Of a stretch of DNA of 64,000 nt, positions 18,370 through 28,201 are shown one piece after another. The translations under genes were made by a program, and so were the position numbers. Under the pieces are notes generated by a model that made no database searches, had not been told where the DNA came from, and worked only from the letters and a program-made list of their open reading frames with translations. The DNA is from Candidatus Poribacteria bacterium (GTDB lineage Bacteria; Poribacteria; WGA-4E; WGA-3G). Location: assembly GCA_965205015.1 (NCBI GenBank), contig OZ242029.1, forward strand, positions 3,136,001-3,200,000, given 5' to 3'. Each line of letters starts with the position of its first letter. The stretch's first letter is position 1.

Positions 18370-19185
18370 CTATTTCCTTTTGGTTTCTAATTCCTCAATG
18401 TTGCCGATATTACCGACGAGATACTCTTGAATGCTGGCATAGTTTAGGATGAGACTGTAAAACACCTTATCGCACACATCGCTGAAACGCTCCCGTACTT
18501 TGCGACTGGTATTCCCTCGATTCTTGAAGATGCCCAGAGAACGGAATGGTATCCCCCACTCCTTGAATTGATGGAGCGCAATTGTGGCATCGCGGGTTTT
18601 ATTATCACTGCTAAGTGCAAACACAAAAAGCGGCTCCTGCCTCCCGTTAATTCGACAATCTACTTTGTAGTTTCCTTGAGGATCTCGTTCTGGATCGCTC
18701 CAGTCAAAACACATCCGTGATTTTGGAACATTTTCATGCAACAAGGTGCGGAAATCCTCCATAAATGTGGATCGAACCCTTTCCCTTGACAAGTATGAAA
18801 CATCAGCTATTCTCAGAAGTGCTTGGGCAAAGTCATAAAGTGCCTCCCCGTAATCTCCATCCGATACCTCGCGTATTAATTCTCCACCGCGGTCCTCAAC
18901 GTCAAACATGGAGAGTGCTTTTGAGATGATCTGCTTGCGGGTACCGCTATGAAGGAGTTTATCATCAATATCGTAGGTCAGGTGCATATAGGTATGCCCT
19001 TCATCAGAGATTAACCATCGATCGCCTTCCTTTTTTAGTACGATGGCTAAGTGATCACCGTCATCGAATCTGAAGGGCGTAAACACGCGGAAACGATCTT
19101 TACTATCGGTTGAGAGGCGGATCTCTGCCGCGACTGTTTCAAGAAAGGCCTTTTCTGTAGTTTTGATAGACATCCTTATTGCCAT
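18370..19185 (-). CDS. DUF1828 (with C-terminal DUF1829-like) domain protein
   Basis: VFTPFRFDDGDHLAIVL...WLISDEGHT matches my recollection of the DUF1828 signature. The C-terminal half has a YKVDCRI PD-(D/E)XK-like motif. Confidence 0.75.
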   Translation of the reverse strand: MAIRMSIKTTEKAFLETVAAEIRLSTDSKDRFRVFTPFRFDDGDHLAIVLKKEGDRWLISDEGHTYMHLTYDIDDKLLHSGTRKQIISKALSMFDVEDRGGELIREVSDGDYGEALYDFAQALLRIADVSYLSRERVRSTFMEDFRTLLHENVPKSRMCFDWSDPERDPQGNYKVDCRINGRQEPLFVFALSSDNKTRDATIALHQFKEWGIPFRSLGIFKNRGNTSRKVRERFSDVCDKVFYSLILNYASIQEYLVGNIGNIEELETKRK

Positions 19186-19405
19186 ACCTGAATCCCTTGC
19201 TTGTGATGTTAGGAGGATTATAGCATAAATCGAGGGAGCAAGTCAATAGGTCAATAGGTTTAAGGCAAAGCCATTCAGTTTTCGTCTTCTGAGTGTATTA
19301 TCAGGAATAGGAGGGCGCGGCTATCCGCAAAAATCGGGGTTACAAACCCCTCCCACAAGAGCGATTCGTGACAATTGAATGACTCTGAGGTTTAAGGCTG
19401 GATTC

Positions 19406-19491
19406 CAGGGTCATTCAATTTTAAGATTTCTCATTTTATGAGGTTAACTGCTGAAAATACAACACTAAAAACCTACAATTGAATGACCCTG
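19406..19491. mobile_element. 86 bp MITE-like element with perfect 15 bp terminal inverted repeats
   Basis: CAGGGTCATTCAATT (19406-19420) and AATTGAATGACCCTG (19477-19491). A third degenerate end lies at 19373-19387. Confidence 0.75.
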
Positions 19492-19496
19492 CCTGC

Positions 19497-19545
19497 CTGT
19501 CAAGAAATCTTGATTTTCACCCGTAACTACGCTATAATAGAATTA
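19497..19545 (+). promoter_or_regulatory. Sigma70-like promoter of the Uma2 gene; direct repeat of 15830-15878
   Basis: TTGATT-17-TATAAT. 45 of 49 positions match the 15830 copy by eye. Confidence 0.7.
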
Positions 19546-19568
19546 CGAAAAATTTCTGGAGGAAGATC

Positions 19569-20159
19569 ATGGCAACGAGAGTGGCTCAAACGGACCTCAC
19601 ACCGGAAGAGTACATCACTTTAGAACGCAAAGCAATTCCTGATGCTGACACTGTCAAAACTGAATACATCAAGGGCAAAATAATCTCAAGATCCAGTTCT
19701 AACCGGGCACACAATCTTATCAACGGTAATATCGCTGGTGAACTCCACACCCGCTTGAAAGGCACTGAATGCTTTGTTTTTGCTAACCAAATGCGCGTTA
19801 GTATTCCTGCAGCGAAATCCTATTTTTATCCCGATGTAGGTGTTGTCTGTGAGGAACCCCGTTTTGAAGACGATGTTTTTGATACGCTCCTGAATCCGAT
19901 TGTTGTCGTAGAAGTACTTTCACCGTCGACCGCAGCGTATGATCGAGGCGAAAAATTCGCTCACTATCGCCAACTTCCATCGTTGCAGGAATACCTCCTC
20001 GTCGCCCAAGACGCTGTGCTTGTCAAACATTACCGTCGTCAAGAAAGACAGTGGATTTTTACTGATTTCCAAAACCGTGATGAAATTTTGCCGCTTCCTT
20101 CCCTCCAGTGCGAATTGCCCTTGCAGGATATCTACGAGCGCGTCACATTTCCTGAGTAG
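19569..20159 (+). CDS. Uma2 (DUF820) family PD-(D/E)XK endonuclease
   Basis: TPEEY..LE, EYIKG, YPDVGVVC, NPIVVVEVLSPST..YDRGEKF..Y..LPSLQEYLLV. Confidence 0.93.
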   Translation: MATRVAQTDLTPEEYITLERKAIPDADTVKTEYIKGKIISRSSSNRAHNLINGNIAGELHTRLKGTECFVFANQMRVSIPAAKSYFYPDVGVVCEEPRFEDDVFDTLLNPIVVVEVLSPSTAAYDRGEKFAHYRQLPSLQEYLLVAQDAVLVKHYRRQERQWIFTDFQNRDEILPLPSLQCELPLQDIYERVTFPE

Positions 20160-20257
20160 GAGTTCGGTGCCTGATAAGCTGAAAAAGAAAACGATCAGAT
20201 GTTGACAACGTCAGTCCTATATTTACATTTTTGACAACATCATAGAGGTCTGGAATT

Positions 20258-21202
20258 ATGGACTACTCCCTCAATGAACGCATTAGTGAAATCCGCGATT
20301 TAATCAATAGTTCGCGCAAGCAACATCAGTTACTGCAAGACAGTGCCTTGTGGTATATGCTCTGTAGTTGTATGGACACAATTGGGGACACAGAAGAAGC
20401 TTTAGAGAGTTTCCTTAAAAAAGATACCGATAGTTCTGATAAAGGCAGAAATTATTTACGCATCTACGGGGCTTTGCAGGCTCTTTTTGTACAGCAGGAA
20501 GCCATTAAAAATCTACATGAAGCTCTCAAAATTCCATACACCGAGGAGGCATCATTAGAAAAAATACGCCATATTCGTATTGATGCTGCTGGACACCCTA
20601 CAAAGAGAGGCAACAAAAAGGCATTTAACTTCATCACTCGCCTAACTCTTAGTGCTCAAGAATTCCATCTGATGACACTCTACCCAACAAAATCAGACAG
20701 CAAAAAACTTAATTCCAAACATGCGGATATAAATGTTCCCGATTTAATTGCAACCCAAAAGAGGATTTTTGAAGACGTTTTGAACAACGTAATTGAAACT
20801 TTAAAGGAGGAGGAAGTGAATCATAGAAAGAAATTTGCGGATAAAAAATTGGCTAATGCCTTCCAGCATACAACATATCCATTTACAAAAATATTTGAGG
20901 CTATTTTGTCCACAGATTCGCCCCATGCTCAACTTGTTGGTGGTTATATTGATGAGATATTAAAATCCGTTGAAACGTTTAGGACTGGGTTAAGAGAACG
21001 TGATGAACCTGATGACGACATAGAGGACATATACAAAAATCTTGATTATGCGTTGCAACACATCAAAGCATACTTTCATGCCCCCGAGGAGACTCACATC
21101 CATAGGGAAGATACCTATATTTTCGCTGACTTTGCAAAGCGGCAAATAAGGGAATTAAAAGAGGTTGCTCGAGAAATAGACGAAAGGTATAGTCAAATAT
21201 AA
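20258..21202 (+). CDS. Hypothetical all-helical protein, putative HEPN RNase
   Basis: R-x5-H motif (IRIDAAGHP) in a helical context after YGALQALFVQQEA. Lies directly upstream of res. The family call is inference. Confidence 0.7.
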   Translation: MDYSLNERISEIRDLINSSRKQHQLLQDSALWYMLCSCMDTIGDTEEALESFLKKDTDSSDKGRNYLRIYGALQALFVQQEAIKNLHEALKIPYTEEASLEKIRHIRIDAAGHPTKRGNKKAFNFITRLTLSAQEFHLMTLYPTKSDSKKLNSKHADINVPDLIATQKRIFEDVLNNVIETLKEEEVNHRKKFADKKLANAFQHTTYPFTKIFEAILSTDSPHAQLVGGYIDEILKSVETFRTGLRERDEPDDDIEDIYKNLDYALQHIKAYFHAPEETHIHREDTYIFADFAKRQIRELKEVAREIDERYSQI

Positions 21203-21265
21203 ACTAGGGTTGGAAATCATGTGTCACTATTACTTTGACGACAACTTCTTAGGAGATGCATTTAT

Positions 21266-23929
21266 ATGAAACACCTTTTTGAAAAACTACGCGACGATAC
21301 ACTCAATTGGCGCAAAGAAGGCTACCCCTGCCCAGATTATCCACTCATCGGAGAGGTCCTACGCTACCAGTTTGAAGGGGAACCCTCAGAGCAAATTTCT
21401 CTCAAATACCTCCGTGAACCTCAATTCCAATCGCTCGAGCTTTACTGGTTCCTGAGACTGGTGCGAAAAACGCCGCATATCGTTGACCTTTACAAACACT
21501 ACTACAGCGACGATAAACGAGATTTCTTTGATGCGTTTGGTATCCCAGTGGATCCAACCGAACTCCAATGGATCCCTAATGTTGATGCAGTCATTGAGAG
21601 GGTAAAAAACGATCCAGAATTCGTCAGGCAAAAACGAATTGACCCCGTTCATGAAGCCGTAACACTTCCATATCCGAGTTATATCTTTGCCCTCGCGATG
21701 GGGACCGGCAAGACTGTCCTCATCGGCACTATTATTGCCACAGAATTCGCGATGGCACTCCGATATCCTGAAGGCGACTTCATGAAAAATGCCCTCGTCT
21801 TTGCCCCCGGCACAACAATTATTGAGAGTCTACGAGAGATTAGTGACATTCCTTTTGATCGGATTTTACCGACCAGTCTCCACCGTGACTTCCTTGCCAA
21901 TCTTAAAATCACCTATCCACAGAGTGGTGCCAAAGAAATTCAGGTTCAGACTGGCAGTACTTACAACGTCATTGTCACGAACACAGAGAAAATAGCACTT
22001 AGAGCGAACGTCAAGAAACGAACGAATCAGACAGAAATAGCGTTTAAGGAGAAGAAGGAGCAGGCAGAATTGGAGGCGAACCTCCGCTTACAAAAGATTA
22101 CAAGCCTTCCGGGTTTAGGCGTTTTCTCAGATGAAGCACACCATACCTATGGTAATCGGATGGACAAGGAACTTAAACGGGTCCGGGAAACAGTCAACTA
22201 TATCAAAGAGCAAAAGGGAGTGATTGCCGTTATCAATACCACTGGGACCCCTTACTACAAGAGACAGATGCTTCGCGAAGTCGTTGCCTGGTATAGTCTC
22301 GGCGAGGGTGTAAAAGACAACATCCTCAAAAGTCTGCACCGCGGGATTGTCCACTACCACATAGGACAGGACTCTGAGGAAGAAGTCATTGGGAACGTGA
22401 TAGACCTGTTTTTTGAAAATTACGGGGACGTAACGCTTCCCAACGGCGCGAAAGCAAAAATCGCTTTCTACTTCAAGACACAAGAACATTTGGACACATC
22501 GAGAGAGCATATTGAAAGAGCATTGGCAGAAATTGGTGAGAACCCTGCCCTGATACTCGTCAATACACAAAAATCAAGTCAAGTCGAGATTGACGAGTTC
22601 AACCAACTTAACGACCCGCGTAGTCAAAAGCGTATCCTGCTGCTTATCGGTAAAGGCGTAGAAGGATGGAACTGCCCGAGTCTATTCGCTTGTGCGTTGA
22701 TTAAGGAACAGACGACCAGTAGCAACTTTGTCTTGCAAGCCTCAACGCGGTGCCTGCGTCAGGTGGAAGGCAATACGCATCCCGCGAAGATCTTCTTGGA
22801 CACAAAGAACAGATTAATTTTGGATAAAGAATTGGAAGAAAACTTCGGTACCACCCTTGGTAGACTTAGTGGACATATCACCGAGACCGAAGATGTAGAA
22901 ATTCGCATTCGCAAAACAGAATTGCCGAAACTCGAAATTTCTCGGTTGGTCCCTCGTGTCGTTCGGAACCAGCAGGCACCTACAGAGATTAAGTTGCACG
23001 TCCCAACTGATGTGGAAAATCCGCCGCCAATCGTTCGCAATCTACTGACTCCCAATTTCGCGCGAGGGGGCAGCACCTCTCCACTTACCGGTATTGAGGA
23101 GACAGGCACAATTGAGGTGGCTAACCGGACGACTGATTGCTATACGCTGGCACGACGTATAGCAACAAACTATCATCTCCCGTTGATGCAAACATTTAAA
23201 CAGCTCAAACCGCTCTATCCAGAAGGTGAAGTCCCGAACGAACACCTCTACCCGTTGTTTCAGCAAGTAGAAAAACAGTTGCAGAACTATAAAGTGATTA
23301 AAGAGGAGGTGTCCGAAGTGCTCGCGCTTATCCATACACGCGATGACAAGGGCAATCCTGTTTTTGAAAAAGATTCTGATGGGACCTATATCCATCGGTT
23401 GCGCATACAAAAGCGCAACGCTGAACGGATGAGAACAGACCGACTCTTGTTCGAGCAAGCAGACTTGCCTGACCGATACGATGTCAGTTTTCACTATGCT
23501 CCTTACAATTTCGACACTAAGCCAGAGCGAGAGTTTTTCGAGGTCATCTTGGATACCCTAAATACATCGGTAGAGGATGTGAAGGTATTTCTGTTTACCG
23601 GCGGTTTGACGGATCCCAAGAAAACAGATTTTCACTTTGAATATAAAGGTGTTGATGACAATTATCACCGCTATTTCCCAGATTTTGTGATTGTCAAGAA
23701 GAATGGGGAATTTTACATCGTTGAGATAAAGTCTGAGAGAGACCGTATGAACCCAACCGTCGAAGCGAAAAGGAAAGCCGTTGAACGCTTAGAAGAGTTG
23801 CAATCCAATGCACGCTTCAAATATCACATCATCTATACTGATACAGAATTTATGAGAGAGAATATTGATGATATCGACGTTGTTTTGGCGTGGATCCGCA
23901 ACACTGAAACGGACGTAACACTCTCATAG
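21266..23929 (+). CDS. res: Type III restriction enzyme Res subunit (SF2 helicase + PD-(D/E)XK nuclease)
   Basis: Walker A AMGTGKT, DEAHH, TTGTP, EGWNCP, QASTRCLR. C-terminal YFPDF...IVEIKS. Confidence 0.88.
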   Translation: MKHLFEKLRDDTLNWRKEGYPCPDYPLIGEVLRYQFEGEPSEQISLKYLREPQFQSLELYWFLRLVRKTPHIVDLYKHYYSDDKRDFFDAFGIPVDPTELQWIPNVDAVIERVKNDPEFVRQKRIDPVHEAVTLPYPSYIFALAMGTGKTVLIGTIIATEFAMALRYPEGDFMKNALVFAPGTTIIESLREISDIPFDRILPTSLHRDFLANLKITYPQSGAKEIQVQTGSTYNVIVTNTEKIALRANVKKRTNQTEIAFKEKKEQAELEANLRLQKITSLPGLGVFSDEAHHTYGNRMDKELKRVRETVNYIKEQKGVIAVINTTGTPYYKRQMLREVVAWYSLGEGVKDNILKSLHRGIVHYHIGQDSEEEVIGNVIDLFFENYGDVTLPNGAKAKIAFYFKTQEHLDTSREHIERALAEIGENPALILVNTQKSSQVEIDEFNQLNDPRSQKRILLLIGKGVEGWNCPSLFACALIKEQTTSSNFVLQASTRCLRQVEGNTHPAKIFLDTKNRLILDKELEENFGTTLGRLSGHITETEDVEIRIRKTELPKLEISRLVPRVVRNQQAPTEIKLHVPTDVENPPPIVRNLLTPNFARGGSTSPLTGIEETGTIEVANRTTDCYTLARRIATNYHLPLMQTFKQLKPLYPEGEVPNEHLYPLFQQVEKQLQNYKVIKEEVSEVLALIHTRDDKGNPVFEKDSDGTYIHRLRIQKRNAERMRTDRLLFEQADLPDRYDVSFHYAPYNFDTKPEREFFEVILDTLNTSVEDVKVFLFTGGLTDPKKTDFHFEYKGVDDNYHRYFPDFVIVKKNGEFYIVEIKSERDRMNPTVEAKRKAVERLEELQSNARFKYHIIYTDTEFMRENIDDIDVVLAWIRNTETDVTLS

Positions 23930-24031
23930 AACCAAGTTTCGCTTCGCGACTGTTACAATACAACCAACAGAAATTGAATATCCATTCAATATGCTGTTCA
24001 TTCAACATCTCATGATATATGCAATATGAGC

Positions 24032-24100
24032 AGCCTCAGAGGGCAAAATGTTTATAGAAACGTGATAAACATCCTCTTCAGCCCCAGAGGGACAATATGC
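24032..24100. repeat. REP-like doublet AGCCCCAGAGGG(G)CnAAATG, inverted relative to 27900-27971
   Basis: agcctcagagggcaaaatgtttatagaa...atcctct...agccccagagggacaatatgc. Confidence 0.75.
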
Positions 24101-24155
24101 TTGTGATTGTAAGAGACGTATCCGAACACCAATTTTCAAGGAGGGATAGTATCAC

Positions 24156-25127
24156 ATGCACGATTTATTTTCACAGATAAAGCGGTTATCCCAGGATATG
24201 CTGCATAGTTACCAAGATATTCGAAATCGTCATGCGAAAACAGAAAATACAACAGTTGCCGGAGATTTGGCGGTAGAAGCATGGGTGAATATGTTAAAGG
24301 GGTTACTACCTAATCATTATAAGGTATTTAAAAATGGAACGATAATTAGCAGAGATGATCATACCAGTCCCGAAATTGATATATTGGTAGTAAAAGGAGA
24401 ACACCCCAAACATCTTCTTGAGCAGAAGGTGTTTTTGGAATCTGGTGTAGCAGCTGCATTTGAATGTAAGCTTACATTAAGAGCACGAGATATAGAGAAA
24501 TCTTTAGAAGCGTGTAAAGAAGTTAAAAGTTTATGTCCTGACAGATTTGGGACACCCTATAAGGAATTGCATTCACCTATCATTTATGGTTTGTTGGCTC
24601 TTTCTCACCCTCCAAATGGGCATATTGTTAAAAAATTAAACACTTATAAATCTGCAGATAAACTGGAATGGCATCCTCGTGATTTTATAGATTTAATTGC
24701 AGTAGCAGACCTAAATACGTGGGTTGTACAGAAACTTATTGTTTTCGGGACTCTGGGGAATATAGAAGCTAACCCCTTAGTTAGTCTCAGTTACTCGGAT
24801 ATTTCGGATGATCGTGAACTTATTGAAAAACCAACATACTCAATGATTCATTTCTCCGCAAATTTAATCAACATGTTAGCCAGGGAAGACACATCTCTAC
24901 GGAACATGGCGGAGTATTATAGATCTGCTTTGTCTGAACCTCCTGGATCCAATAAATTTCCTCAGAAAAGAATTGATTTCTCAAGGACATGGGATTATAC
25001 ATCAGTATTAAGCGAGTATGTTTGCAATGTAATTTCCACACGTAACTTTGAGCAAGAAACGAGAATAATTGATAGGAGTGGTGGAAGGGCTGTTGATCCT
25101 TATGGCGAGTGGACCGGTGTTTGGTAG
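24156..25127 (+). CDS. DUF6602-like putative PD-(D/E)XK nuclease
   Basis: G...E.....L...LP..Y.V..G.II......SPEIDILV...AAFECK pattern. AT-rich gene. Confidence 0.7.
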   Translation: MHDLFSQIKRLSQDMLHSYQDIRNRHAKTENTTVAGDLAVEAWVNMLKGLLPNHYKVFKNGTIISRDDHTSPEIDILVVKGEHPKHLLEQKVFLESGVAAAFECKLTLRARDIEKSLEACKEVKSLCPDRFGTPYKELHSPIIYGLLALSHPPNGHIVKKLNTYKSADKLEWHPRDFIDLIAVADLNTWVVQKLIVFGTLGNIEANPLVSLSYSDISDDRELIEKPTYSMIHFSANLINMLAREDTSLRNMAEYYRSALSEPPGSNKFPQKRIDFSRTWDYTSVLSEYVCNVISTRNFEQETRIIDRSGGRAVDPYGEWTGVW

Positions 25128-25228
25128 ACAGAATTCTCAAAAAAGCAGACATCTGGCACCATGCACTTTTTCTTTCATGATTCCACATCTCTATACCATA
25201 GAACAGTATTCCCTAATCTGATTAAATC

Positions 25229-25286
25229 TATCTTATACCTCTGAAAATGGTTGAAAATTTGCTAATAATATCTTATACTTATAGGC
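25229..25286 (+). promoter_or_regulatory. Promoter for a leaderless toxin-antitoxin-mod transcript, with duplicated TATCTTATAC operator-like boxes
   Basis: TTGAAA(25251)-17-TATACT(25274), then 7 nt to ATG 25287 with no SD. TATCTTATAC occurs at 25229 and 25269. Confidence 0.65.
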
Positions 25287-25634
25287 ATGCAAATTCGTCC
25301 CAGAGAAATACTTACCTATACCACGTCAGGCGGACGTAGTCCGTACCGACAATGGTACTCACGAATTAAAGATGAAAAATTGAAGGCAGCCATCTCTACC
25401 AGACTTACCCGTTTGGAAACAGGGAACTTCGGCGATTTCAAGCGATTGCATCAGGATTTATATGAATTGAGAATCCACTATGGTCCCGGGTACCGAATCT
25501 ACTTCGGCAGTTTTCAAAATACCGTTGTTATTTTGCTTTGTGGTGGGACAAAAGGCACCCAGCCAAGGGACATCACCAGAGCACGAAATTATTGGAACGA
25601 CTTTCTGCAACAAATAAAGGAGCAGGCACAATGA
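25287..25634 (+). CDS. Type II TA toxin, RelE/ParE superfamily (addiction module killer, HI1419-like)
   Basis: GRSPY..W...IKD...RL.RL..GNFGD.K......ELRIHYGPGYRIYF......ILLCGGTK.TQ.RDI..A. Confidence 0.93.
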   Translation: MQIRPREILTYTTSGGRSPYRQWYSRIKDEKLKAAISTRLTRLETGNFGDFKRLHQDLYELRIHYGPGYRIYFGSFQNTVVILLCGGTKGTQPRDITRARNYWNDFLQQIKEQAQ

Positions 25635-25993
25635 ATATAGACGCGAAACTCCAACAGTGCACCATCCCTTTTAAAGACTTTCTGCTAAAAGACCTTGCTG
25701 AACCTGAGTTTGCAAAAGATTATCTGGATGCAGCGATCCGAGATTTCGATGTAGATGGCAATATTGAAATAATGTTGCTCGTCATTAAAAATGTCGCTCA
25801 AGCACAAGGTGGGATTGAAAATCTTGCCAAGTGGACAAAACTCAGCCCGCGGGCTCTTACCAATCTGCTGCAGTCTGAGGATTCGCTGCCACTGGATAAA
25901 GTGTTGGATGTTCTCTCCAAGTTAAAAGATTCCTTGCATTCAAAGCATCCTGTTGCTAATGAAGGTTCTGCGAGTATAGAGGAGACACAATGA
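25631..25993 (+). CDS. Type II TA antitoxin (addiction module antidote, HI1420-like HTH)
   Basis: ATGA overlap with the toxin. YL.AA.......LL.IKNVA.AQGGI..LA..T.LS..AL pattern. Confidence 0.88.
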   Translation: MNIDAKLQQCTIPFKDFLLKDLAEPEFAKDYLDAAIRDFDVDGNIEIMLLVIKNVAQAQGGIENLAKWTKLSPRALTNLLQSEDSLPLDKVLDVLSKLKDSLHSKHPVANEGSASIEETQ

Positions 25994-27849
25994 AAATCAC
26001 CCCTGTTAAAGGGATACCTATGCTGCACTGGGTCGGTAAACGTCCAATCGACACAGTAAGTGCTTATCCTGCCCAATTGGTAGAAACCTATAACGTCGAA
26101 AATCCAGAAAAAGAGCCGGCTTATGACAGATTTAAAGATGGTCCTAACCTCCTTTTTCACGGCGATAACAAAGAGATTCTCTCCACACTCCTCGTTCAAG
26201 GTTTTCGAGGCAAGATAGACCTCATCTACATAGATCCGCCTTTTGCGAGCGGCGCAGACTATGTGCGAAAGGTAAAACTGCGCGGAAAAAAAGAAGATTT
26301 AGAGGCTGAAGGACACTCTGTTATTGAGCAAACGCAATACACCGACATTTGGGCAAACGATAACTACCTCCAATTCATGTATGAACGACTCAGCTTGATG
26401 TGCGAGCTCTTGAGCGAAAAAGGAAGTTTATACCTGCATTGTGACTGGCGGATGAATAGTTATCTTCGTCTTGCCCTGGATGAAATTTTTGGGAAGAGTA
26501 ATTTTCTGAACCTCGTGACATGGCGGCGACAAATTGTCCGCGGAATGAAAACACATGCTGAGTTCATGCCGTTTAGTTCGGATTATATTTATCTCTATGC
26601 AAAAGACAAGGACAACGCAATTTGGAACAAAATCGAAAAAGTTAATACCATCTCATTGGAAGAGGCCGAACGAAAATATAAAAAAGATGATAAAGATTTT
26701 TTCGCAACTTCCGACCCAGGGACCTACTCTGACGAGAGCATCATTAAACTCTATGAAGAAGGACGCATTTATGTCACACGCGGTGGAAAGCTTTTGATTA
26801 AGGATGGCAAGGTGTCGGTAACGGCAGGTAAAATCAGGATCAAGTATCACCGAGAAACTGTTGGTGATAAAGTTCTTGAGAAAACAGTTGTTGATAATAT
26901 ATGGGATGATATTCCTGGGTTAGGTGTTAATCCGAACGAATATCTTAATTACCCAACTCAAAAGCCCGAAGCACTCCTTGAGCGTATCATAGAAGCATCA
27001 AGCAATAAAAATTCTATCGTCCTTGACTGTTTTGCGGGAAGTGGCACCACTGCTGCCGTAGCTGAAAAACTTGGCAGACGTTGGATCGCTGCAGACCTGA
27101 ACAAAGGTGCAATCCAGACGACAATGAAGCGGATACAGACGGACATTGACAAACCATGTGGAATTGCGCACTACCGCGTCAATAATTATGACTTCCAGAC
27201 CGAGCATGAACTCAAAGAAATTGTCGTCTCTAAATACGGTGTGGAAACTGATCGAAAAGCTGGTTTCTTTGATGGACACCTAAACGGAACACTCGTTAAA
27301 ATCGCTGATCTGACGAAACCACTCACCCGATTAGATATCCAAATCATTAAGGACGAACTCCAAAACCGTCCGGACGAGACGCGCAACATTACAGTGCTGT
27401 GCAATGGGAGCGAAGTCGGCATGCAAGAGGAGCTTGACAAAGAAAACCAACGGCGTCCGATCAACAAAATCTTTGTGCAGGATATTCAACGCGACGGTGT
27501 CACCACCTACACACCCGCCGAGGCAGACGTTAAATTTGAAAGAGAAGGGCAAGACATCACAATCACCATTGAAGACTATATGAGTCCGACCATCTTAGGA
27601 CGTTTGGAGATAGACCGCACTATTTTCGACGAGCACATTGAAGATTTCCGCGCACAGATTGATTGTGTGCTAATTGATACCGATTACACAGGAGCGCATT
27701 TCACGATCGTTGAGAGCGACGTTCCTGAGAAGAAGAGCGATTTTGTTGAGGGAGAATATACGGTATCATTACCGCGGGCTGATGCGCGCGTTGCAGTGAA
27801 GATTATTGATATGCTGGGGGAGGAAACGGTTGTCACAGAACAAATTTAA
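25990..27849 (+). CDS. mod: Type III R-M Mod subunit, N6-adenine DNA methyltransferase (beta class)
   Basis: [45 protein letters not shown] overlap with the antitoxin stop. Confidence 0.9.
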   Translation: MKITPVKGIPMLHWVGKRPIDTVSAYPAQLVETYNVENPEKEPAYDRFKDGPNLLFHGDNKEILSTLLVQGFRGKIDLIYIDPPFASGADYVRKVKLRGKKEDLEAEGHSVIEQTQYTDIWANDNYLQFMYERLSLMCELLSEKGSLYLHCDWRMNSYLRLALDEIFGKSNFLNLVTWRRQIVRGMKTHAEFMPFSSDYIYLYAKDKDNAIWNKIEKVNTISLEEAERKYKKDDKDFFATSDPGTYSDESIIKLYEEGRIYVTRGGKLLIKDGKVSVTAGKIRIKYHRETVGDKVLEKTVVDNIWDDIPGLGVNPNEYLNYPTQKPEALLERIIEASSNKNSIVLDCFAGSGTTAAVAEKLGRRWIAADLNKGAIQTTMKRIQTDIDKPCGIAHYRVNNYDFQTEHELKEIVVSKYGVETDRKAGFFDGHLNGTLVKIADLTKPLTRLDIQIIKDELQNRPDETRNITVLCNGSEVGMQEELDKENQRRPINKIFVQDIQRDGVTTYTPAEADVKFEREGQDITITIEDYMSPTILGRLEIDRTIFDEHIEDFRAQIDCVLIDTDYTGAHFTIVESDVPEKKSDFVEGEYTVSLPRADARVAVKIIDMLGEETVVTEQI

Positions 27850-27899
27850 TACTAAACCGCTAATATTGTACTAAGTTTTGGACAATTTCAGTGGAATAT

Positions 27900-27971
27900 G
27901 CATTTCGCCCCTCTGGGGCTTGCTTCTTAGAGGATATAGCACTTCTATAGACATTTCGCCCCTCTGGGGCT
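27900..27971. repeat. REP-like doublet CATTTCGCCCCTCTGGGGCT x2
   Basis: Two identical 20-mers with hairpin GCCCC-tct-GGGGC. Confidence 0.85.
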
Positions 27972-28201
27972 GCGTTTTTTCGTGCTTTTACATCTTTTTC
28001 TCGGAGTTAAAGGGCTATAGCAAACTCACAAAAAAATAAGGAAATCTTTAAAAACTCAACTTGTACGCAATACGAATGGTTTAAACTTTAGTAATATTGT
28101 AGTTAGAGGTAGTGTTTCGGTAGGCACGGTTTGAAATTGCGCCTACAGGATGAAGGTAGGCACCCGGTCTATGGTACTGTCAATTCTACAAGGAGGGCCA
28201 G

